64,000 nucleotides of DNA. It comes from Octopus vulgaris (lineage: Eukaryota). The position numbers were made by a program, and so were the translations under genes. Each line of letters begins with the position of its first letter. Within the stretch, counting starts at the first letter, position 1. The DNA lies in NCBI GenBank assembly GCA_951406725.2, contig OX597814.1, positions 160,518,001-160,582,000 on the forward strand, written 5' to 3'. Positions 1 to 14,030 of this stretch are shown in pieces. The notes below the pieces were generated by a model. That model was not told the DNA's origin and ran no database searches. It worked only from the letters and a program-made list of their open reading frames with translations.

Positions 1-472
1 AGAGGTCTTATGCAGTTATCTGACTACCACATATTATCCTACAGTAGGAGATATTGCATGGCGTGTGGAACTAATCTTTGCATAAGACTGATATAAAAAT
101 AGTACAATACGCGTGTTATACCTTTCTTGTGTGCTTGTGTATACATTCACAAATATATATATATATACACATACAAGCATGCGTGTATGTATATTTGTGT
201 ATATGTATATGCACGTATGTACGTATGTATGTATATATATATATATATATATATAGGCACGTGGTTTAGTGATTAGGGTATTCGGTTCACGATCGTAAGG
301 TTGCGAGTTCGATTCCCGTTGCTCCAGTCCACTCAGGTGGCAAAAATGAATTTTATCTGTAATTCAAAATGCCGGTCTTGTCACATAGTGTCTCGCCGAA
401 TCTCCTTGAGAACTATGTTGAGGGTACACCTGTCTGTGGTGTGCTCAACCACTTGCGCGTTAATTTCACTAG

Positions 473-526
473 CATATATGAAATAGTTTAAACGTCTCTA
501 CAATATTTTGCCTATATCTACATACA

Positions 527-605
<79 letters not shown>

Positions 606-717
606 CAGACACACGGATATATATATACATGCTTGCGTGTGAACACAGTTATACACAAACGCACACATTTGAAAGACTTGAATTTTGATAATACTGACAC
701 ATACTTAGTTGAGCCAG

Positions 718-792
<75 letters not shown>

Positions 793-1416
793 CAGCGAAT
801 TTTCCAGAAAAAAGGCATGAATATCATACAATCACATTATCTCTTTTTTTGGGGCCGCTAAAACTAATATTTATGAAATTTGCTCAATAACGAACATAGT
901 ATAAAACACTTTCAGACTTTCTCTGATCAGAGCCTTCAACATTGCTTTGCAAACGATTAAGACAACCTCGAGTTGCTACAAAAAATAACGGTTACGATGC
1001 TGGTAATGATGATGGTGAATGTGATAGCGATGGTGTTGATGGCTGTGGTGTTAATAATAGTAGTAGAGGTAATCATGGCGGCGGCGGCGGCGGCGGAGAT
1101 GGAAACGATGGTGATGACGAAGCTGGCGATAAGGATTTATCAGTAATCATGGATGGAATTAGTAGTGGTATTGAATTTTTAGCATATAATAATTAAGAAA
1201 CTGATGAAAGAATTCCATGATAGAATCACTGAAATATTTATTTAGTTTTCATTTTTGAAAGTTTCTTTTTTTATTTTTAAGGTGGATATGTTCAGTAAGA
1301 AATTAATTTTGTTTTTCTTTTCAATTCACCAGGGGGCCGCATCAACGACAATAATTTTTGACCATTTCTTGTTAATTTAACTGAATAACTCTGATATATT
1401 ATTATTATTATTATTA

Positions 1417-1477
<61 letters not shown>

Positions 1478-2087
1478 CATTATTATTTTCATTCAAACTG
1501 AAGTCCTGGTGACAATGCGTTTCATTCTCTCGCTCCTTCCTAATTTCTTTCTTCGAATCACTCCCGAATCCATCCTTGAACTTGCAACGTTACTTACCAG
1601 CTCTTTTCTTTCATTTTTCTACACTAACTTCCAATGTCAAAGTTGATCAATAGGAATAATGAAGAGAAAGTCTCCTTGGGCCATGAAAAACCGTTAGTAG
1701 AGTTAAGCAGTAAGTTCAGAGCACTGCCGTGACCTGTTCTCCAACGATGACTGACTGGGTCGGCAAAGAAGCACTCCAAATGGTGAGAAGTAAAACCAAG
1801 AGCAGATAACCGGGGAAAACATCTCAGCGTGGCCAGAAGCAATTCCTTTGGACTACACAATACGCTAATTAAGCGAGTCTAAACATCACTTTCATGGAGG
1901 ATATCTGGGAAAGATTGATACATAGATAAAGAAAAAGTTCTTAAATATACCTCGGGTCATGATCTTTTTCTTGTGGCTCTAACTACCATAGCAGTGTAGA
2001 TCTCTGAGTGTGTAAATGTACGTGCATGTGTGTGCGCGCGTGCGTGTGTGTATGTGTTTGTGTAGGTATGCCTATATGTACAAGAGC

Positions 2088-2128
<41 letters not shown>

Positions 2129-2284
2129 TGTATGTATGTATGTATGTATGTATGTATGTATGTATGTATATATGTATGTATGTATGCATAAGCGAAGCAA
2201 AAATACATGGAGAAACGACACCATATATGAAATAGTTTAAACGTCAGTACACAATACTTTGCCTATATCTACATAGAGTATACA

Positions 2285-2351
<67 letters not shown>

Positions 2352-2430
2352 GCTTGTGTGTGAACACAGTTATACACAAGCGCACACATTTTGGAAGACT
2401 TGAATTTTGATAATACTGACACATACTTAG
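473..2430 (+). repeat. Dispersed direct duplication: 473-708 and 2222-2430
   Basis: Both read catatatgaaatagtttaaacgtc...[microsatellite]...gtgaacacagttatacacaa...gacttgaattttgataatactgacacatacttag. Confidence 0.85.
1620..1950 (+). mobile_element. Possible highly decayed RTE-like LINE fragment
   Basis: Higher-GC, coding-like patch with DWVGKEALQMVRSKTK resembling an endonuclease-RT linker. Heavily degraded. Confidence 0.3.
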
Positions 2431-3029
2431 GTGATCCCAACATAACACACAAACCTTTGACGACATTTCCAAGAGTTTTCTTTTTTAAAAAAAAAATATT
2501 CTCAACAGGCAAAAGAACATAGTTCTCTCAATCAACTCTTAAAGTAAATCCTTTATTTCAGCTAGAACTCTCTACAGATCACATAGTTATCATTTCTTCA
2601 TATTTGTTCTTCATTTTCTTTCTGATACTTTTAGATATTTCCTAGGAGTTCCTTTCCTACTTGATTAGTGCTAGTTTCATTATATTTTTTTTTTCAAGAA
2701 GTAGAAAATTTAGTTCGTAAAATGTGGTATATAAATTAGTCTTCTTCTTCAATTTTGCCCTATTTTTCTTTCACTTTTTGCGTGTGTGTACGCGCACGCG
2801 TGTGTGTATAAGTATGTATGTATATATATATATGTATATATGTATGTATATACCTATGTCTCCATCTATATATACATATTTATATATGTATGTATTAACA
2901 TATATGTATTTATTACATATGTATTTCTCACACACATGTATGTATCTATATATCTATGTATTACATATAATATTTTTTTATATTATATTATATATATTCA
3001 TTTATTCTTTTCTTTTTTTATTTTTCTAT

Positions 3030-4170
3030 GCATTTCTGCCTAAATACTACGGCCATGTAGGGACACCACCAGAGTTATCACTTTTTCCAATGGCCATTTT
3101 TGTGATCGGCTTTTGGTGAAGAATGGAGTTCGATAATGCTACCCCCTGTTAAGTTTTTTGCTGTGATGAAGGTTCATATGGGATCTTGGACAGTAAGAAG
3201 TCGAGTTGTTTCTCGAAAATATCTGCCCCTGCTGCATGTAGATCTCTTAGACGTTTATTTTTTTTTGGGGTGGGGCAAGATATTAAATAGCCGTAGGCCC
3301 TTGAATCCCAAGCTATTGCAGTACATGACTCTCGTTCTAGACGGGACAGATGGGACCTTTGGGAGAGCGCAGTGGAATCCAGTTCGGGGGTTGATATAGC
3401 TCTCGAGGTCAAAGTTTGACGCCAAGCCCTCCAGGTTCTTCCATACATATATCACAGCATATTTCTCCCGTCTTCGTTCCATGTAGTAGAGTCGTAATTC
3501 TTTCAGTCTCTCCCAGTTGCTCAGCTGTTCCATTGATGTGATCTTCCTAGTATAGCACTACCTCATGTTCCGCTATTAATTTGATACTGTGGGGTGACTA
3601 CAGTTGAGAGCAGTAGGCCAGACAGCTGAAGACAAATGACCTCTGTAGAACCAGAATAGTTTCTTGGTCCCTTGTTGTGAAAGTTCTCAGAATCCATCTG
3701 GCCATTCTCCTGCACATTGCCACCATATATACACATGAATACACACATATATATACACAGATATACACATGAAACGAGGCGTTGTTGCTCATGATCACGC
3801 ACTGTACTTGACAAGTATCTTTGTTGCAACATGTTAGCACATGCTGGCTGATAGCGGAGGGAGGGAGCTTGGAATTTTCCAGTATTAAATTAGATACTGT
3901 TTCTTCAGCTCATTAATATATGTCATCTAGGTCCTTCGGTAGAAGATTAGTGTCGAAAGGTTCCTTGATTACTTGTACTACTTTTGCGTTGTCGGTATAG
4001 CTAGTAAATATGGTTGTCAATATAACGGATGGCACGTCTGAAAGAGCTACCATAAATTGTAGCGCCCCCTAGACATACACCTGAGGCACTCCACTCGTTT
4101 TTACTGTTTCCTTGGAGAGGACCCTATTGGCTGCTGTCATTTAAGGAGTCATGTAGGCACTCTCCCATTG
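3030..4170 (-). mobile_element. Degenerate CR1/L2-like LINE, 3' part of the reverse transcriptase ORF and 3' end
   Basis: Minus-strand remnants SGVPQ (~4080-4095), a YADD-equivalent YTDNAK (~3981-3998), NWERLKELRLYYMERRREKYAVIYVWK and NSLGFKGLRLFNILP, typical of the RT C-terminal region. Multiple stops and frameshifts. Confidence 0.82.
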
Positions 4171-4545
4171 GCGGGGAATCTATTTGGTAGTCTTGATGAA
4201 ATAAGCCTTTAACATAACTTCACTGACGTAACTTTTCACATTACAAATTCATTACACATGTTTGTGGAAGACCAGCTGTTGCTCATGCTTGCCATTCTCC
4301 CCTCTCTACACCACCGTTGTTATCTAAGAGAAAGGATCATGGTCACTACAGCTTGGCACCAGTGACGTTGCAATCTATTTCTACAGCTGAGTGAATTGGA
4401 ACAACGTGAAATGTCTTGCTCAAGAACACAACTCAACACACAGTCTGGTCGGGCAATCGAACTTACAACTGTAAGATACACGCTCTAACCACTGAGCCAT
4501 CCGCCTTCATGTAAACACATACCCACACACCCACGCATACATAAC

Positions 4546-4576
<31 letters not shown>

Positions 4577-4889
4577 CATACATACATACATACATACATA
4601 CATACATACATACATACATACATACTTGTGTGTGTGTTTTGTGTGCATATGATACGAAAAGAATTACTGGAACCGACTTATCCAAATTCCCCAACGGAAT
4701 TTTATATTTCGATTTTCTTAAACCATATTCGTTATTTTTTATTTGAAACAAAAATGTTAAAGATATCATTTATTGTAATTTGATGCTTTGTTTTTTTCTT
4801 TCCAAATTTTAACAAGTTTCATGAAGCATGTGAAAATGACTTAACTATATTTAATATAATATCTCTTTTGTTTTTTGTATTTCTTGCAG

Positions 4890-5101
4890 GGAATTTGGTG
4901 TCAAATGCCCAAAATGTCTACGGGTGATCTTTGCCAAAGACTGGGTCCGGAAAGCGCGAGAGTTCACATATCACATTGCATGCTTTGCATGCGACAGCTG
5001 CAAACGTCAACTATCAACGGGAGAGGAATTCGCCCTTCGTGGCGACCGTTTGTTATGCAAACCACACTACATAGATCTCATCGAGGGCGGTCCTGGTAGA
5101 G
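4890..5101 (+). CDS. Awh: LIM-homeobox gene (Arrowhead/Lhx6-8 class), internal exon encoding the second LIM domain
   Basis: Polypyrimidine tract plus ttgcag acceptor ending at 4889. Translation [70 protein letters not shown] has the LIM pattern C-x2-C-x18-H-x2-C-x2-C-x2-C-x18-C-x2-H and the DWVR.AR / RQLSTGE.F signature of Awh/Lhx6/8 LIM2. Donor g|gtaaca at 5102 (phase 1). Confidence 0.93.
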
Positions 5102-5780
5102 GTAACAGTCCCTTCTTTATCAATATTTAAAATATTGTATTAGTTCGGAGCATTGAGTTTGTATAAGGGCGATAGAGAGAGAGAGGATAAAATGTTTTGC
5201 AGTTATTAGTTTTATCTTTGTTCGGTCAGAGGTTAAATCTCTATAAACCACATGAATCAATTTGTTTTTCATCTTTCGTGAATTGATAAAATAATCACTA
5301 GCCAACTAATGCGTATATACTCCATTACAAAATTAGCCCTAAACATTGTCAAGGAAATTCATAGTTCTTTAACTCCATTAATCACAACTATTTTATTATC
5401 ATCATCATCATCAGCATTATTATTATTATCATTATTATTATTATTATCATTATCATTATTATTATTATTACTGTTGTTATTATTATCATCATCATCATCA
5501 TCATCCTTATTATTAGTATTAGTATTATTAGTATTATTTTTATTATTATTTGAAAGGCAGCGAGCTGGGTTGAATCGTTAGCAACGTCACACAAAATATT
5601 TTCTTCTAACTTTTTATGTTCTGAGTTCAAATCGCACCGAGTTCAACTTTGCCTTTTATTCTTTCGGAGTCGCTAAAATACTGTACTGGTCACGGACTGG
5701 AGCTAAACCCTTCCCATCAACTGTGCAAGTCCTGTGTCCGAATCAGAAACAATTATTATTTCATTATACTATTTGAGAGA

Positions 5781-6300
5781 GAAGGAAGAGAGATTTCGGG
5801 ATATTTTTATGGAACCTTCAAGGATGTTGTTGAACAAGGCCGACCATCTTGATCTTCGTAGGAGCTAGTCAAGGACCAGGTAGCAATTAAAAACAAGGAG
5901 GAGCGTGCAAGTGTCTTGATGGATAATCTGATAGAGACGTTGCCATTCTGCATACAAGCAACATACTTTCAATTGGGGTGTGACCAGTGACGTAGCATCC
6001 AATAGAGTTTGATCCCACCTTGCACCCCGAACTCCTATGTCTGTACAGGTTGGTACAGCAGTCTCTTATGTTGCCCCATAAAAGCGTCGCCCGAGGTAGA
6101 TCTTTCCCACGCCACCTATCCACTAGCTACGTTACAGAGAGGTGACGATATTAGAAAGGTGAAGGGTTAGCTAATCAGTTTACGGTTATGCATTGATAGC
6201 AAACTTATACATGGATTATTTTAAGGAAATGCGGCTGTGATATGTTAAACCAGACTTCAGATTAGATCAAACATACAATAGCATGTGCAGTCCATTTGAC
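5781..6300 (-). mobile_element. Possible decayed LINE 3' region
   Basis: Higher-GC patch with a broken minus-strand frame. Its ~75-bp left end recurs as an isolated copy at ~7703-7775, as expected for a retroposon 3' tip. Confidence 0.3.
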
Positions 6301-6324
6301 GGCCTTCCGCACAAATACCATTTA

Positions 6325-6625
6325 CTTGAGGATCCATATAAGACTTCTTTTTTTGTTAAAATTTATGTGCAATAAATTCCTTATACTTCTACGATACACT
6401 AAATATTTTAACATTTTTTGGAAGAACCTTGACTCTAATGTTAAGGTCGTTTGGGCAAAGTTGGCGGTATATTCTCCACATCGTACAAATGATGTACCGC
6501 TCACGGCGTATCAATATTTAATTCTAGAAATATAAAATATTTTAAGAATCGAATGGCTATGAGGGTCCACCCGATTAAAATAAGAATCAAAAGGTCTATA
6601 GGTAAAAAAAAAAGGTTTAAAACCT
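6325..6625 (-). mobile_element. Second, inverted copy of the hAT-type MITE
   Basis: Reverse complement matches 44123-44330 plus 44764-44790 (ttttacctat...tttgattc, tcttatatggatcctcaag). Confidence 0.55.
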
Positions 6626-7063
6626 TGAGCTGACTCGAAGAGTTTTACTTAAGACGACGCGAACTCGTTTGTATCGAGAACTACGTGATTACGAAATAAA
6701 CACATTAACCACACGACTATACCTTTAATGAGGCATTTAGAGTAGTAAAATATTTACCCTAGATATGTGGCAACATCGTTCTATATTTTAGAATATAATG
6801 TTCGGTCCGTGTTTATTATAATAAATTTATTCGATAATTGATCGTAAACATGTTTTATTTCCACATGGTTTCATTATAACATTTGAGAAAGTTGAAGAAG
6901 GGACATTACACAAAATATTATAATTAAATTCCTGAGTTAAAAAGAAAATGACATAACTTCTGAAGTTTTTTTTAACGAATATTATAAATTATTATCTACA
7001 TTAATGAATATAATATTCAAAGATATAAGAAAAAATATCGTGTGTATGCATGATATATATATA

Positions 7064-7180
<117 letters not shown>

Positions 7181-7205
7181 GAGCATCCATGCATGCATAT
7201 ATGTT

Positions 7206-7269
<64 letters not shown>

Positions 7270-7573
7270 TTGTATGCATATGTGTATGTGTGTCTGTGTA
7301 CGTGTGTGTGTTATGTATATATACGACAATTTGTTTTATCGTTGAATGTCATATAATTAAAGGAGATACACGTTTATATCGGTAAAAAATTACAAAATTA
7401 CATGTAAGCACACTCACACACGCATACATACATACAAACATACATGCATACATACATAATTACATAATTTTAAAAATATTTTGCCAATAATACAAACTTA
7501 TATCAACATCAATTATATGATATTCAGCGATATAAAAAAAGTGTGCGTATATATGAACACACACACGTGCACA

Positions 7574-7630
<57 letters not shown>

Positions 7631-7833
7631 ACACACTCACAAACACACAAACAAATATATACATATGTGTGTGTATAAAATACCCATCCATCTATTCATG
7701 CAAAGGAAGAGAGATTTCAGGATATTTTTATGGAACCTTCAAGGATGCTGTTGAACAGGGACAACCATCTTGATCTCTGTGCATGCATACATATATATAT
7801 ATGTGTGTGTGTGTGTGTGAGTGTAGATAGATG

Positions 7834-7865
<32 letters not shown>

Positions 7866-8154
7866 TATGGATGCCTACACGGATGCATGGACGCATGGAT
7901 GCTGGACGCATGGATGGATGGATGGATAGATACTATATGTCTTCATATATATTATCATATATACATTGTAAAGGGTTGAAAACATTTAATATACACGTTA
8001 TACATACACATATGACTGAATGTAAGTATGCATGCATAAATGTAATATATAGATATACATGCATACGTACATACATACATAATACATACATACATACATA
8101 CATACATACATACATACATACATACATACATACATACATACATTAATACATACA

Positions 8155-8188
<34 letters not shown>

Positions 8189-8192
8189 CACG

Positions 8193-8227
<35 letters not shown>

Positions 8228-8412
8228 TACTATGTTACTGTGTCAACCAGACTATTGAGTTTTGTTATACACCGCTAGTCAAAATGCTGCTTACCTCAGC
8301 GCTGTTTCGCATTATTTTAACTTTCAGTTCTATATTTAAGAGACGAGGAATTATGTATATAATTTACATTATTGAAATTCGATGGATATTTGTCCTCATC
8401 TTGTTTGTTGTT

Positions 8413-8458
8413 AACACAACGTTTCGGCTGATATACCCTCCAGCCTTCTTCAGGTGTC
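8413..8458 (-). ncRNA. Minimal type-I hammerhead ribozyme-like motif
   Basis: GACAC-CUGAAGA-A-GGCUG(gaggguauau)CAGCC-GAAAC-GUU-GUGUU: 5-bp stem I, 5-bp stem II, palindromic AACGUU stem III region. Confidence 0.7.
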
Positions 8459-8489
8459 TTGGGGAAATTTCGAACCTGGGTTCTCAGTC

Positions 8490-10407
8490 CTATTTTAACT
8501 TTCACATGAGCCCTAAGAAGGTTAGTGCAAATGACAGTGCTGAGAAGAAGAATAAGCTGATTACGATAGAATTGAAGAAGGAAATCATTGATAAACATGA
8601 GAGAGGTGTGCGTGTAGTGAACATAGCGTGTAGGAGACAATACGGCAGAAGCACATCGACGATCTGCACCATCCTGAAGAAAAAAAGACGAAATCAAGGC
8701 CATTGCAACAGCGAAAGGTGTCTCCAGGCTCTCTAAACAACGCACATCTGTCCACGAAAGGATGTAATGATTGCTTCTCTTGTGGATCAACGAGGAGCAA
8801 CTCGCAGGTGATACGATTATGGAGACCATCATCTGCGAGAAAGAACGAGCGCTGTATGGGAATGTCCTGAAGCAGAACCCTGGAACATCGACGGCGAGAC
8901 ATCAGCAGACACATTTAAGGTCAGTAGTGACTGGTTTGATAATTTTAAGAAGAGGATTGGTGTTCATAGCGTCATTAGGTATGGAGAACCAGCGAGTTCT
9001 GATACGAATACAGCTGAAGGTTTCGTATTTGAATTCTGTCAGCTCATCGCAGCCGGGGGTTCATTTCACAGCAGATGATGAAACTGGTCTTTTGTTAAAA
9101 AAAAAAGGCCCAGAAGAACCTACATAACCGCAGAGGAGAAGATGCTCCGCCATAAGTCTATGAAAATAGGCTAACTCTCACCCTGTGTGCCAATGCGATT
9201 GGAGACTTGAGGATTATGCCGCTCTTTGTCTACCATTCCAAAAACCCACGAGCGTTCAAGTTACACAAGATCCTGAATATGTGGAGGGCAAAAGGTTAAG
9301 GCCTGGGTCACCAAGCAATTCTTCTCCGAGTATATCAACCTTGCCTTTAGACCAGTAGTGAAAAAGTACCTTTTGAAGAATAATCTTCCTCTCAAAGCCC
9401 TCCTCGCCCTCGACAATGCTAACTTCGAAGATGATATCCTGGACGAATTTAAACTTATGAAGTTATGTACCTGTCACGAAACACCACCCCTATCTTGCAG
9501 CCCATGGACCAACAGGTGATTTCTAATTTTAAGAAATTATACACCAAACACCTGTTTCGTCGGTACTTTGAAGTCACTGAAAATACATATCTAACCCTTC
9601 ATGAGTTTTGGAAGGAAAGCTACAACACTGTAAACTGCCTGAAAAATCATTGAGGTTGATGATGGGGACATTAACTAACTCGTTGAGGAACACTCAGAGG
9701 AGCTGATGACAGATGAACCCTTGCAGCTTCAAGTACAGCAGCATTTGGATGTGGTGGAAGAGATTGGTTCCCCGGAAGAGAACAGTGTAACGGAGAATGC
9801 TATATCTACAAGTGGCATAAAGGCCGTGTTGGCAAAGTGGCAATTTCTGAATTTGTAGAAAAATATCATCCTGAAAAAGTATCCACAGATCATACAGCTG
9901 CTTTATGTTATGACACTGCGCATTTTCGTAACATTTTGAAAGGCAGGAAAAAGCAGACTTTTCTTGATGTTTCTGATGAAACGACCTGCGAGTGTAAAAA
10001 GTAAAGAAAGTGTGTCCAAAATGCCTGAATTTAGCGAAGTGAGAGAGAAGACGCCAGACATTATTCTTCCTGAAGACTTAATGGAAGGAGATTTTCCTTC
10101 CAAACAGTAATCCTCCTCCTCCCTGCTCTATCGTCTTCCTCGCGCACAAATCGTCCCATCTTTAAGGTTAATAAAACCAGTTTACATATTTCTTTCGCAT
10201 TCTCCTTCTATAATTGTAATATTACATGTGATTATACGTTTCCTGTTTTAAAACCCATAAAAATTATGTTTGTGTGGTATTTGGGGATGGAACAAATTAA
10301 TTATATTTTAGTTAATTACAATGAGGAAAATTAATTTGTAAAACGAGTAAATCGTAAAACGAGTTCGGTCATGGAACGAATTAAACTCGTACTGCAAGGT
10401 ATCACTG
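8490..10407 (+). mobile_element. Decayed Tigger/pogo (Tc1-mariner superfamily) DNA transposon, transposase pseudogene
   Basis: Frameshifted ORF pieces from ATG 8506: MSPKK...ITIELKKEIIDKHERGVRV...STICTILK (HTH), DETGL (~9075), LALDNA (~9405), PILQPMDQQVISNFKKLY (~9490). The right end ...gcaaggtatcactg followed by TA (10408-9) is a CAGT-type TIR with TA target site. The left TIR is not found. Confidence 0.9.
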
Positions 10408-10427
10408 TAAATATATGTGCGTATGTA

Positions 10428-10463
<36 letters not shown>

Positions 10464-11198
10464 TGTGTGTGTGCGTGTTTGTGTGTGTGTGCGTGTGTGT
10501 ATGTATGCATGTATGTATTTATGTGTGTATGTATAGATGGATAGATAGATACATACATACATATATACATACAATCGTTTTTAATGGTTGAACACTAAGT
10601 AGATAATGCTGTATATAATTTATTGTTTACAGGTGCGGGTTGGTACCCTACGGACAAACTTCGACTTTCTCTGTCCAAAGGAATATCTACAAGCAATTAT
10701 TCGTATTTTTACACACCCCAAGTTCAACTGTTGAAAATGAAATATTTCACGTTCTCTCGCATTTTCTATATTCTTATATGTGAATACACACACAGACAGA
10801 CACAAACCCACACACACATGAATATATCTTTTAATTTTTTACATGCTTCAGTGATTTGCCAGCAGGCTTTAATCGAACAGATCTCCAGTACTTACTTTTA
10901 CTCAGTTGGGGGCTTTTTGCCGAACCGCTAAGTTACAAAGACCTAAACAAGCAACAATGGTTGTCAAGCAGTAATCTGGGATACACCCATACACAGACAC
11001 ACACACACACACACACACACATCTATTGATAGATATTTATGCGTGATAAGAAGCTTCTTTCCCAACCACACGGTTCAGGGTTCAGTCCCATTACGTGGAA
11101 CCTTGGACAAATGTCTTCTATTATAGCCTCGAACCAGCTTAAACTTTCTGAGTGGAATTGGTGTGTGCGCGGGCGCGCACGTGTGTGTGTATGCATCT

Positions 11199-11237
<39 letters not shown>

Positions 11238-11298
11238 CGGGCGTGTGTGTATCTCTGCATCTGTGTTTCTCTCCCACCACCGCTTGACAACCAGTGGT

Positions 11299-11420
<122 letters not shown>

Positions 11421-11760
11421 CATATATATACAATACATGCTTACATACATATATACCTACATACATAAGTGCAGATATATATATTTATAGAGAGAGAGAT
11501 AGACAGATAGATATGCATTAGGAACAAAGGTTCAGCTTTTTCTGATTATACTTGGTGTGCATCAATCACTTTAAATGATTGCGAATGTTAAAGTCACCTT
11601 CGATCATTGAAACTAGCTGCTCATTAAGGAGAAATATTACATAATTCATCAAATTTATTAGTTCCTAAAGACATTTATGGTGTGATTCATTTTAATTTTA
11701 GCAAATATTACATAAAATAGCGCATTATTATTAACATAAAAGACATATATAAATTCATAC

Positions 11761-11803
<43 letters not shown>

Positions 11804-11948
11804 AGTTTGCGTATATACATGTATACATATACATGCTTATGCATTTGTGTATACATATATATATAGAAATAAAGATATGTACACACATTTACATAATGTA
11901 TACATGTATACGTGTATATATGTATGTGCGCGTGTATATACCCATATT

Positions 11949-11989
<41 letters not shown>

Positions 11990-12173
11990 GCACATACTTA
12001 TATATATATATATATATCATAAATGCAAATACCCATTAAATATCTATTTATATATAGATATAGATACATACATACATTTACATAATGCATGCATGTGCAT
12101 ATATATATATATATATATGCATGTATGTATATATACACGCACCCACACAAAATATCGATATATAATATATAAA

Positions 12174-12209
<36 letters not shown>

Positions 12210-13176
12210 TGTATGTATGTATGTATGTATGTATGTGTGTGTGTATGTATGTATGTATTTATGAATGTATGTATATATATAACCGTGAAATATACATACT
12301 TACGAATGTATGTACGTACCTTCATACGTACATACGTTCATGCTTATGTACATACATACTTAATTATATGTGTACATACATACTTTGGAAGTAAGGAACG
12401 ATAGAAAATTGATGAATCCACTGTTGCAGCGTATAATTTGAATGCAGGGTGATGTGCAGAGTGGATACATGCTATTCTTAATTTCGTACATGCAAACCCT
12501 AAAAATTTGTGATACTTGCACTTGACTCTGCGGATTGTATATCTGATATGTAAGTTCAAATTTTTACATAAGCTTAGACTTTTCACAATACGAACACTCG
12601 ACCAATAGTTGGATCAGTTGAAACATTCTTGCATCCGTATGTGCAACCATTTAACATTCATGTGTTTAGGCCCGCAATGCAGAGTTGGACATAGACACGG
12701 TCATGGAAAAACAATTGTCTCACCTTTATTTAAGTGGTTCATAACTTATATCTTGATGTTCGTGCTTGTACTTAAATCGTGCGTGTTATAACGAACAGCA
12801 TGAGCTTTAAGAAATTTCATTACAAATCCATAACCATATTTCTGCACTATGTAACTTTCTTGCATCATGCAACATCATTTTAGGTTTACTATGTGCCCAA
12901 GGACTCACAGGATCGGAGTTTAATCCGGTTTCCATGATGTTTAAGTGTTTGGTATTGCAACACTCCCTCCTAAACGAGACGCTACTCCATTGCACGTGTA
13001 AGTTACCAGCTATTACTGGACTCTGTTACTGCTGCGTGGACTGGAACAACGGGAAATTATGTTTTTTGCTCAGAACACAACATACAGCCCGGACCGGGAA
13101 TCGAAACCACGCTCTTATGATCATGACTGTAAAGCCAGCAGGCTACGCAACATGATTTAATATTATGCATTCCCAA

Positions 13177-14030
13177 GGCAGCGAGCGGGCAGAAATGTTT
13201 GCCACCCGGGCGAAATGTTTAGCTGTATTTCGTCTATCTTTCAAATTCCACCGTGATTGACTTTGCCTTTCATCCTTTGGGAGTCGATAAATTAAGTAGC
13301 AGTTGCGTACTGGGGTTGATCTAATCAACTGGCCTCCTCCCCCAAAAATTGTGCTTAGTGTAGAAAAGAAAATTGTATATTTCCCTTAGGGCGGCGAGCT
13401 GGCAGAATCGAAAGCACACTGGGGAAAATGCTTAGCAGCATTTGATCTTTCTTTACGCTCTGAGTTCAAATTCAAGCGAGGTCGACTTTGCCTTTGATCC
13501 TTTCGGAGACGATAAAATAAGTAGCAGTTGAACACTAAAGTCAATGTAATCAACTTACCCCCTCCACAGAAATCACTAACCTTGTGCTAAAATTTTTGAA
13601 ACTAATATTATGCATTTCTCTTACAATGGCGAGCTGGCAGAAACGTTAGCAGGCCGGGCGAAATACTTAGCGGTATTTCGTCTGCCGTTACGTTCTGAGT
13701 TCAAATTCCGCCGAGGTCGACTTTGCCTTTCATCCTTTCGGGGTCGATAAATTAAGTACCAGTTACGCACTGGGGTCGATCTAGTCGACTTAATTCCTTT
13801 GTCTGTCCTTGTTTGTCCCCTCTATGTTTAGTCTCTTGTGTGCAATAAAGAAATAAGAAACGTTAGCACACCAGGCTTAGCGTCGTTTTATCCGTCTTTA
13901 CGTTCTGAATTCAAATTCCGCCAAAGTCGACTTTGCTTTTCAATCTTTCAGTTTAGCTCTGGGATCGAAGTAATCGACTTAGCCCCTTCTCCGAAGTTGC
14001 TGGCCTCGTGCCAAAATTTGAAACCAATAT
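13177..14030 (+). mobile_element. Head-to-tail cluster of four SINE family B copies
   Basis: Repeating unit ggcgagctggcagaa...gagttcaaattccgccgaggtcgactttgcctttcatcctttcggggtcgataaa.taagtacc starting at about 13177, 13390, 13628 and 13855, with A/B-box-like motifs. Confidence 0.85.

Noticed and set aside
905-935. Additional hammerhead-like traces (905-935 minus; also ~36365-36420, ~45515-45565 and ~57378-57410)
   Set aside because: Core boxes are mutated or GAAAC/GUH is missing, so they are too degenerate to distinguish from chance.
942-1196. Gly/Asp-rich ORF as a possible upstream Awh exon
   Set aside because: Made of GAT/GGT/GGC trinucleotide low-complexity sequence, with no LIM1 cysteines and no convincing splice sites.
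8506-10110. Domesticated TIGD/CENP-B-like host gene
   Set aside because: Numerous stops and frameshifts plus a retained TIR show it is a dead transposon copy.
13177-14030. Regularly spaced repeats resembling a CRISPR array
   Set aside because: Units are ~200-bp diverged SINEs in a eukaryotic intron, with no short identical repeats, unique spacers or cas genes.
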